In this document: one piece after another, positions 1-7,739 of the stretch
How the letters are laid out: every line of letters starts with the position of its first letter
Numbering within the stretch: the first letter of the stretch is position 1
Source of the DNA: Candidatus Baldrarchaeota archaeon
Lineage (GTDB): Archaea > Asgardarchaeota > Baldrarchaeia > Baldrarchaeales > DXJG01
NCBI GenBank assembly: GCA_019056805.1
Contig: DXJG01000002.1
Span: 373,103 to 405,102, forward strand
DNA length: 32,000 nucleotides
Direction of reading: 5' to 3'
Translations under genes and position numbers: made by a program
Notes under the pieces: model-generated
What the model saw: only the letters and a program-made list of their open reading frames with translations
Databases searched by the model: none
Told to the model about the DNA's origin: nothing

Positions 1-86
1 AGTCTTACACACCTATAACCTCGATAACCCACAATAACACTACACATATAGCTCCTCATCTACAATTATCCATAGAGGAGACGTAA

Positions 87-3000
87 ATGGGTATCAAATA
101 CGCCGAAAACCCTTGGAACGATGAAGAAATACTAAAAACGTTAAAACCCTACGTAGCAAAATGGTTCAAACAAACATTCGAAACATTCACCCCACCACAA
201 AAATACGCAATCCCACTAATCCAAAAAGGAGAAAACACGCTCGTATTCAGCCCCACTGGTAGCGGAAAATGTATAACACCAGACCAAAAAGTCTTAGTAA
301 AAATAGACGGGCTTGTATACCTATTAAAAGGCGAAGAACTGATACAAATGGCTAAAACCGAGGGAAAAACACTACAAAAAATAGATAATGGAATTCTATA
401 CGAAATCCCTTCCCTTAAGGTATTTTCGTTAAAAGAAAATAAGATAGTTGAATCTCCAGCTTATATATACATCGAAGACTATAATGGAGAAATTATCGAA
501 ATAGAAACAGAAGCTGGGAGAAAGATTAAAGTCACACCAAATCATCCGCTGTTAAAAGAGGACATCGACGGAACCTGGAGATGGACTCCAGCTGAGAAAT
601 TGAAAGTCGGTGATAGAATAGCTGTAGCTAGAGAGATAAACTATAAATCTTCTATTAAAAAGCTTAAACTAAAAGAATCACTAAAAGCGTTGAAAACGAA
701 GTTTAAAGAAGTCCTTACATACAAAGACTTTCTTAAACTTAGGAAAAGAATAGATCATGTTGGTTTTAAAAAGCTAAGTTTAGAAGAATTAAATCAAGTC
801 AGAATCTTCTGCAAGTTAAAGTATACTAAAATAGCTAAGGAAACCGGTATTGGGCTAACTACAGTATGGAACTTCTTTAGAGGAAAAACCATTTATAAAA
901 AGGACTTGATTTTAAAAATCCTAAGAGAAAACTTCCCTAACTCTGTAGAAGAAAATAGAATCTTCATTCTAGGAAGAAACGGCGATATAATAAGTTTTAA
1001 ATATCCTAAAAAGATAGATGAAAAACTTGTCAAGTGGGTCGCTTTCGTCTTAAGTGAAGGTCACATTCAAGCAAGTTCCCGCGATAATTTTATAGACTTC
1101 ATGATGGTTGCTCAAGCAAAAAACAAAAAATTATTAAAGGAGTTTCTATCCATCACCAAAGAGCTTTTCGATGTAGAATTTAGAAAAAAAGATGAAATAA
1201 ACTGGGTTTTGAACTCTAGAGCTTTCCTCGAATTCATCTCAGTGTATCTAGATCTACAGCCAAATAGCCGAGAAAGAAGGAAAAAAATGCCAGAGTGGAT
1301 ATTGAGCCTCGATAAACCCTTAATGCGCATTTTCCTTAGATGGTTCTTCACACTAGATGCGGAAGTAAGAGACCAAATAGTCCTCTTTCAAGCAAGCGAA
1401 GATATCATCGACAAAATTGCATATATGCTACTTAGATTTGGAATTTTCCCTAGCCTAAATGTAAAATATAAATTTGCTTCAAACACTACCGAGAAGAAAA
1501 AAAGAAAATACTATAGTGTCAGCATATTTGGCATAAGAAACCTAAGAAAATTCGATCAAGAAATTGGTTTAGAAAGAGAACCACCTGCTTCCTACATTAA
1601 TCTATTAAAAGCCAAACCAAGCGGTGAACATGTAGGAAAATTCCACTTAAATTTCAAGGAAATATCTGAAATTAGAAAGATACTTGGGTGTTCTTGGCAC
1701 GACGAATTTGAAAAAAGATATGGAAACATATACGAGGTTGTAAGAAGAACAGGAATGATAACCTTAGGTGCAACACAAAAACTACAGGAACTATTAAAAC
1801 AAGATCTTCAAAAACTAAGCTTTAACGGAAATATTAAACTAATAGATTCCTTAAGAAAAATCCTAGGCTCAGAAATCTTTTTCCTAAAAATAAAGAAAAT
1901 TACCAAAATTCATTACGAAGGTAAATTGCTGGATTTCACCGTACCAAAGCTAAGAAACTTTATTGGCGGCAAGGGCGCTGTAGTTCTCCATAATACTCTT
2001 GCGGCTTTCTTATTTGCTATAAATTGGCTTTTTGGGCTGGGTGAGGAGGGGAAGTTAGAAGATACTGTTTATGTTGTTTATGTTTCGCCTCTTCGTGCGT
2101 TGGCGAACGATATTCGTAAAAATCTTCTTGTTCCTTTGGAGGGGATCCGTGAAGTTGCAAATGGTATGGGTTTAGAATTACCTGAAATTAGAGCATTTGT
2201 AAGAACTGGAGATACTCCTGCAAGTGAAAAGGCTAAGATGCTTAAGAAACCTCCTCACATATTAATAACAACTCCGGAAACTCTTTCAATAGTTTTGTGT
2301 GCGCCTAGATTTCGTGAAAAACTAAAAACAGTTAGATATGTCATTGTGGACGAAGTACACGAGCTTTGCGATAATAAACGGGGAGTTCATCTCTCATTAA
2401 GCTTGGAACGACTGCGAGAAATAGCAGAACAAGAATTTGTACGCATAGGACTAAGTGCAACTCAAGCACCATTAGAAGAAATAGCAAAATGGCTAGTAGG
2501 ATATAGAGAGAATGAAAAACTAAGAGATGTAACCATAGTAAACATATATGAAACAAAGAAGCTAGATATGAGAGTGATATGCCCAGTAAGAGACCTAATA
2601 CACACAGACTACGCATATGTAAACGCAAGAATGTACGAAATACTAAGAGACCTTGTAGAAAAACACAGAACAACCCTAATATTCACAAACACAAGAAGCG
2701 GAGCAGAAAGCGTAACATTCCACCTAAAACAAGTATTCGGAGAAGAATACATAGACCAAATAGCAACACATCATGGAAGCTTATCAAGAACAACAAGACT
2801 AGAAGTAGAAGATTTACTAAAACAAGGACAATTAAAAGCAGTAATTTGCGTTTCAGAGGACTCAAGAATCTTAACAAATCACTACTGGAAACCAATAATA
2901 GAGGTTAAACCACAAGACAAAGTTGTATACCTAGATGACCAACTAAAATTAAAAGAAGGAACATTCGCCGGACGTGTCTCTGTGCCCTATTACGACGAGG

Positions 3001-6000
3001 GATTTATGATAAAAAGCAGACTTGGTTTTGAAATCAAATGTACCAAGGAACACAAGTTTCTCACTATAAGACGTTCTAAACTTACGTGGATCGAAGCAAA
3101 AGACTTAAAAGTCGGTGATAAAGTCGCCGTAATAAGAAAAATTCCGACGTTTCAGCAAAAAATACCAAGTTATTATGAGCTCATTCCTGAAAATGCCTAT
3201 GTATGGTTAGAAGAGAACTTCTTAAAATCTCTGCGAGATGAAATCGTATCAAAATTTAATAGCATCAAACATTTCTGTAAACTAATTAATCTAAGATATT
3301 CTACAATCAAAGAAAACTTAAATGGAACGTATCCTATCAAATTTGCAAATCTCATGAAGATTTTAAAAAAGCTAGAAAGAGAAAACGAGATATTAGAGGA
3401 AATAAAAAATATAGGGACAGATAAACGAAAATACAATATACCTAACAGAAAAATTTCGAAAGATTTTATAAGATTTCTAGGTTTCTGGCTTGCTGAAGGT
3501 TCTTGGGACGCGTCGGGGATATCAATAGCTGGAAATGAAAACCTTCTTAAATACTATTCAAGTTTACTAACCAAAGAGTTCCCAGTTAAATTCATAAAAG
3601 ATAAAAATCCATATGGGATACCTCAAATAAAGTTTTATTCAACACTTTTACTTGGAATATTTAAAAAATTAACTGGCACTTTACATAAAAAATCTTTATA
3701 CGCTAAATTTCCGACTATTCTGTACGAATTACCATCTAGTTACAAATGGGCTTTTCTTTCGGGATACTTTGATGGTGATGGGTACTTAGAAGTAAAATCT
3801 GGAAGAATATATTCAGCTGGTTTCACCACATTTAACTTAAACCTAGCGAAGGGAATGCAAAATTTACTTCTCCAATTAGGGGTCATAGCTTCCATAAGAA
3901 AGAAAGAATACAACGAGTCAAGAGAATTCAGAGGAAGAAAAATAAGAAAAAGGGGTACTTGTTACACGGTTTCGATTTATGGAGGAGAAAATCTAAGGAT
4001 CTTTGCGACCAATATTGATCCGAAACGAGAAGAGTTCTCCAAGATTAAGCGGGTATGTGAACTTAAAGGCTATTGCAATAGGGATGTAGTGCCAGGCATG
4101 GGTGAAATTTTGCGAAAAACCAGAGAAGAAGCTGGAATTAGTACATACAAGCTTCAAAAACTTGGATACAATCCGGTTAAAGTAGAACTCGAGAAGAGAG
4201 AAATTCGAAGAGAAAACTTGAAAAAGTTAGCTGAAATCTACAAAGAAAGCAACCATAGTTATCTATTAAGAATATTGTCTAACTCTGATGTTTTCTGGGA
4301 TGAGATAATAGAGAAAAAACCCTTAAAGCTGAAACAAGTCTATAGTCTTGTTGATACAACGAATCATAATTACGTAATAGAAGGATTTATTTGTCGCAAC
4401 AGTTCGACAAGTCTTGAGCTTGGTATAGATATTGGTTATATTGATCTTGTGGTGCAGATTGGTAGTCCTAAGAGTGTAGCTAAAGGACTGCAGAGAGTTG
4501 GAAGAGCAGGACACTTTTTACACGAAGTTTCAAAAGGACGATTAATTGTTTTTGATAGAGATGATTTAGTTGAATGTACAGTTCTTGTAAAGGCAGCATA
4601 CGAAGGAAAAATAGACAGAGTACAAATACCTAAAAACTGCTTAGATGTACTTGCACAACACCTCGTAGGAATGTCAGTAAATAAGAAATGGAAGGTAGAT
4701 GAAGCCTACAAACTTATAAAAAGATCCTACTGCTATCACAACCTTTCCAAAAAAGATTTCATAGAAGTTCTAAGATATTTGGGAGGACACTATGTACACC
4801 TAGAAGATAGAGGAGTGTATAGAAAACTTTGGTACGACGAAGAAGAAGGTGTCTTTGGAAGAAAAAGAGCGGCAAGAATGATCTACTTCATGAACATTGG
4901 AACAATACCCGATGAGGCAGACTTCAGAGTAATATTAGAAGATCAAAGAACAACAATAGGAAGAATAAGCGAAAAATTCCTAGAAAGACTAACACCAGGA
5001 GACATATTTGTTCTGGGAGGAAAAACCTACCAATACCTAAGAACAAGAGAAAGTAAAGTATTCGTTAGAAGTGCTTACGGAAGAAGACCAACAGTTCCAC
5101 AATGGATAGGTGAAATGTTACCAAGAAGCTTCGACCTCTCAATAGAAGTTGGAAAATTCAGAGAACTTATTACAGAAAAGCTAAGAGAGCTGCCGGTTGA
5201 AGAAGTAAAAGAATGGCTCAAAAAAGAATACTATTTAGATGAAGCAGCAGCAAACAGCCTCATTCAATACTTCATAGAACAGTTAACATACGCAGGAAAA
5301 GTAGCATCTCACCGAAAAATAATACTGGAAGAGTTTTTCGACGAAAGAGGAAGACAAAACATAGTATTTCACGCACCCTTTGGAAGAAGAACAAACGACG
5401 CTCTTTCAAGGGCTTATGCTTATCAAGTCTCAAAACTTGTAAAAGCAAATGTAGCAACAACCGTAACAGATGACGGATTCATGTTAATCCTGCCTTATGG
5501 AAAAGTAGTAGACTTAAGAGAAATACCACCATTAGTAACCTCGAAAAACCTAATTGAAGTATTAAAGAAAGCAATTAGAAACACAGAGCTCTTCAAAAGA
5601 AGGTTTCAACATGTGGCAGCCAGAAGCTTCATGATACTTCGAAAATACAAAGGATACGAAATTTCACTATCAAAACAGCAATTCAGAGCATCAAAAATTT
5701 TAGATCTTATCGCGGACTGGGAAGACTTTCCAATAATAAAAGAAACATACAGAGAAATATTGGAAGATGTTTTCGACGTTGAAAACGCTAAAAAAGTTTT
5801 ACAATGGATAGAAGAAGGAAAAACAGTATTTGACTTCTTACCAGCAATGGAAATACCCTCACCATTCGCTCATGGAACAATTCTAGTTGGAATAAGCGAC
5901 ATAGTGATGATGGAGGACAGACAAGCCTTACTCAAAGAACTACACCAAAAAATTCTTGAAAAAATACAAAGAATGCCAGCGACTATCACAATAGAGAGAA

Positions 6001-7628
6001 GATCTTTCGAAACAATACCAGAATCTATAGTTTCCGAATTCTTAAAGAAAAGGCGAATGTTAACTATTAGAACAAAAGAAGACATAATAAAAATTTTACA
6101 TGAAATAGGAGCAATAAAACCTAGTGAAATAAAGAAATCAAAACATTTTGAAATAATAATATCAGGAACTGAAGATTCATCCAAGGAGAAAATGTGGAAA
6201 CAAATTAAAAATTGGATATTGAAACTCGAAGAAGAAGGCAAAATCATACAAGTACCCTGCTTAAAGGGAATGACACTTCACTACATAACAGTTGAAGATT
6301 ACCCAATATATGCCACCGCTTATCAAGAATCCGTAAAAATAAAAAGTGTAGAAAGAAAAATTCTAGATTACGTCAGAAGCTATGGCGGAGTAACCGCTGA
6401 TCAAATAGCGGAAACACTACAAATAGAGAAGAAAGAAGTGAATAGAGCGTTAAAGAAACTTGAAAAAGCATACATACTACATAGAAAGAAACAAAAAACA
6501 AAAAAAGAAACAAAACGGCTCCGTACAGCATGGTACATTGCAGAAGAAATACTTCCAAGAAGAATTCTAATAAAAACAGCTAAGATGAATAAAGCAGAGG
6601 CTCAAAAACAAATAATTTTAAAATTCCTTCACATAAACGGACCATCCACGTTCAAAGAGATAACAGATTATACGGGATTTCCCCAAGATGAAATATCAAA
6701 AATCTTATCCATATTAGAAGCAGAAGACATGATTGAAAGAGGAAAATTTGTAGACTACAAACCTACACCACAAGTAATCATAAAAGAAGACCTAGAAGAA
6801 CTAAGAAGATTATCAGAAATAATTGTAGAGAAGAAAATAATACCAACAGAAATACTAGAAGCTTATTATATGAAAATACAACATCTAACAGAAGATACTA
6901 AAGGATTTACAGAAAGCGATATACTAAAAATCTTAGCTGACTGCGGCCCCATGTACACCCTCGTAAACCGAACACCCACCCTATTAAACAGAATGAAAAT
7001 ACCAAGAGAAGAAATAGAAAAACTAATCAAAAAACTATGGAAAGAGAAAAAAATCTTTTGGATAAGATGCTTGAGAGAAATGAAAGCCCTTTGGATAATA
7101 GACAAAGAATATCCATTATTCTATAAATTATATGCTAAACAAATCAAACTTAACGACATAGATCAAAAAATACTTAATGAGATAAGAGAAAACGGACCAG
7201 TAGCCACTCACATTCTTGCACGCAAACTAAAAATTAAAACCGGGCAACTAAGAGCATCTCTACAAAAACTGGAAAGAAGCTACAAAATAATAAGAGTAGA
7301 CATCACAACAGACGAAAAGGGAAGACCAGCAATACTATGGGACACAGCAGAAAAATTTGTACCAAAACACCTACTCAAAGAAGCCAAGAAAATAAGCATA
7401 GAAACAGCGCTCAAAAAATTAATTATAAAATTCCTTCACATAAACGGACCATCCACAATAGATGAAATATGCGGATGGATAGGCTTTCCAGAAGACAAAA
7501 TCAAACCACTATTGAATGAACTACAAAAAGAAAAAATTACAAAACACGGCATGTTCACAAGAACAAAAATAGCAACACAATGGATATTAACAGAAGATTT
7601 AGAAAAACTATTCAAACCAGAAACTTAA
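87..7628 (+). CDS. lhr: Lhr-family SF2 ATP-dependent helicase precursor (2513 aa; ~1420 aa after removal of two inteins) with a long winged-helix C-terminal extension
   Basis: With the inteins removed, the motifs read: Q motif FTPPQKYAI, Walker A SPTGSGK|TLAAF, Ia YVSPLRALAND, II VIVDEVH, III GLSAT, IV LIFTNTRSGAE, HHGSLSR, V AVI|SSTSLELGIDIG, VI QRVGRAGH. Lhr-specific LDVLAQH and FHAPFGRRTNDALSR segments are present. RBS GAGGAG at 75-80. Confidence 0.95.
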   Translation: MGIKYAENPWNDEEILKTLKPYVAKWFKQTFETFTPPQKYAIPLIQKGENTLVFSPTGSGKCITPDQKVLVKIDGLVYLLKGEELIQMAKTEGKTLQKIDNGILYEIPSLKVFSLKENKIVESPAYIYIEDYNGEIIEIETEAGRKIKVTPNHPLLKEDIDGTWRWTPAEKLKVGDRIAVAREINYKSSIKKLKLKESLKALKTKFKEVLTYKDFLKLRKRIDHVGFKKLSLEELNQVRIFCKLKYTKIAKETGIGLTTVWNFFRGKTIYKKDLILKILRENFPNSVEENRIFILGRNGDIISFKYPKKIDEKLVKWVAFVLSEGHIQASSRDNFIDFMMVAQAKNKKLLKEFLSITKELFDVEFRKKDEINWVLNSRAFLEFISVYLDLQPNSRERRKKMPEWILSLDKPLMRIFLRWFFTLDAEVRDQIVLFQASEDIIDKIAYMLLRFGIFPSLNVKYKFASNTTEKKKRKYYSVSIFGIRNLRKFDQEIGLEREPPASYINLLKAKPSGEHVGKFHLNFKEISEIRKILGCSWHDEFEKRYGNIYEVVRRTGMITLGATQKLQELLKQDLQKLSFNGNIKLIDSLRKILGSEIFFLKIKKITKIHYEGKLLDFTVPKLRNFIGGKGAVVLHNTLAAFLFAINWLFGLGEEGKLEDTVYVVYVSPLRALANDIRKNLLVPLEGIREVANGMGLELPEIRAFVRTGDTPASEKAKMLKKPPHILITTPETLSIVLCAPRFREKLKTVRYVIVDEVHELCDNKRGVHLSLSLERLREIAEQEFVRIGLSATQAPLEEIAKWLVGYRENEKLRDVTIVNIYETKKLDMRVICPVRDLIHTDYAYVNARMYEILRDLVEKHRTTLIFTNTRSGAESVTFHLKQVFGEEYIDQIATHHGSLSRTTRLEVEDLLKQGQLKAVICVSEDSRILTNHYWKPIIEVKPQDKVVYLDDQLKLKEGTFAGRVSVPYYDEGFMIKSRLGFEIKCTKEHKFLTIRRSKLTWIEAKDLKVGDKVAVIRKIPTFQQKIPSYYELIPENAYVWLEENFLKSLRDEIVSKFNSIKHFCKLINLRYSTIKENLNGTYPIKFANLMKILKKLERENEILEEIKNIGTDKRKYNIPNRKISKDFIRFLGFWLAEGSWDASGISIAGNENLLKYYSSLLTKEFPVKFIKDKNPYGIPQIKFYSTLLLGIFKKLTGTLHKKSLYAKFPTILYELPSSYKWAFLSGYFDGDGYLEVKSGRIYSAGFTTFNLNLAKGMQNLLLQLGVIASIRKKEYNESREFRGRKIRKRGTCYTVSIYGGENLRIFATNIDPKREEFSKIKRVCELKGYCNRDVVPGMGEILRKTREEAGISTYKLQKLGYNPVKVELEKREIRRENLKKLAEIYKESNHSYLLRILSNSDVFWDEIIEKKPLKLKQVYSLVDTTNHNYVIEGFICRNSSTSLELGIDIGYIDLVVQIGSPKSVAKGLQRVGRAGHFLHEVSKGRLIVFDRDDLVECTVLVKAAYEGKIDRVQIPKNCLDVLAQHLVGMSVNKKWKVDEAYKLIKRSYCYHNLSKKDFIEVLRYLGGHYVHLEDRGVYRKLWYDEEEGVFGRKRAARMIYFMNIGTIPDEADFRVILEDQRTTIGRISEKFLERLTPGDIFVLGGKTYQYLRTRESKVFVRSAYGRRPTVPQWIGEMLPRSFDLSIEVGKFRELITEKLRELPVEEVKEWLKKEYYLDEAAANSLIQYFIEQLTYAGKVASHRKIILEEFFDERGRQNIVFHAPFGRRTNDALSRAYAYQVSKLVKANVATTVTDDGFMLILPYGKVVDLREIPPLVTSKNLIEVLKKAIRNTELFKRRFQHVAARSFMILRKYKGYEISLSKQQFRASKILDLIADWEDFPIIKETYREILEDVFDVENAKKVLQWIEEGKTVFDFLPAMEIPSPFAHGTILVGISDIVMMEDRQALLKELHQKILEKIQRMPATITIERRSFETIPESIVSEFLKKRRMLTIRTKEDIIKILHEIGAIKPSEIKKSKHFEIIISGTEDSSKEKMWKQIKNWILKLEEEGKIIQVPCLKGMTLHYITVEDYPIYATAYQESVKIKSVERKILDYVRSYGGVTADQIAETLQIEKKEVNRALKKLEKAYILHRKKQKTKKETKRLRTAWYIAEEILPRRILIKTAKMNKAEAQKQIILKFLHINGPSTFKEITDYTGFPQDEISKILSILEAEDMIERGKFVDYKPTPQVIIKEDLEELRRLSEIIVEKKIIPTEILEAYYMKIQHLTEDTKGFTESDILKILADCGPMYTLVNRTPTLLNRMKIPREEIEKLIKKLWKEKKIFWIRCLREMKALWIIDKEYPLFYKLYAKQIKLNDIDQKILNEIRENGPVATHILARKLKIKTGQLRASLQKLERSYKIIRVDITTDEKGRPAILWDTAEKFVPKHLLKEAKKISIETALKKLIIKFLHINGPSTIDEICGWIGFPEDKIKPLLNELQKEKITKHGMFTRTKIATQWILTEDLEKLFKPET
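270..1994 (+). mobile_element. Intein 1 (575 aa) inserted in the Walker A loop of Lhr, with an HTH and a LAGLIDADG-type endonuclease region
   Basis: Starts at Cys (TGT 270-272, CITPDQKVLV) directly after GSGK. Block B is KVTPNHPLL, block F is LLDFTVP, and it ends VVLHN (1992-1994) followed by Thr+1. Removal restores GSGKTLAAF. Endonuclease-like motifs: VAFVLSEGH and FLRWFFTLDAE. HTH-like segment: YTKIAKETGIGLTTVWNFFRGK. Confidence 0.93.
2847..4400 (+). mobile_element. Intein 2 (518 aa) inserted at helicase motif V of Lhr, with a LAGLIDADG homing endonuclease
   Basis: Starts at Cys (TGC 2847-2849, CVSEDSRIL). Block B is KCTKEHKFL; LAGLIDADG blocks are FLGFWLAEGS and FLSGYFDGDG. It ends EGFICRN (4398-4400) followed by Ser+1. 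Removal restores KAVISSTSLELGIDIG. Confidence 0.92.
6010..7610 (+). repeat. Intragenic tandem duplication of a ~265-aa winged-helix module in the Lhr C-terminal extension (about 6010-6810 and 6835-7610)
   Basis: Paired segments: EDIIKILHEIG / SDILKILADCG; KIIQVPCLKGMTLHYITVEDYPIY / KIFWIRCLREMKALWIIDKEYPLF; ERKILDYVRSYGGV / DQKILNEIRENGPV; AWYIAEEILPR / LWDTAEKFVPK; KFLHINGPST in both copies; EDLEEL / EDLEKL. An exact 31-bp repeat lies at 6619-6649 and 7426-7456. Confidence 0.9.
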
Positions 7629-7739
7629 CCTCCAACACAAATTCATTTTAATATTAAACTACGAGATAAAGCATCAAATAAGTGATCTCTTGTTACCTAA
7701 AAAACAAGAACTGCAACATAATCAAAAGATAATTAGTAT

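Noticed and set aside
1-59. Possible minus-strand gene start running off the window edge (MRSYMCSVIVGYRGYRCVR...), with a GAGGAG-like RBS
   Set aside because: Fewer than 20 codons are visible and there is no recognisable motif, so it cannot be supported.
1112-6558. Many short antisense and alternate-frame ORFs inside lhr (for example 2341-2673, 2579-2908, 5870-6247)
   Set aside because: Shadow ORFs caused by skewed codon usage; low-complexity translations without motifs.
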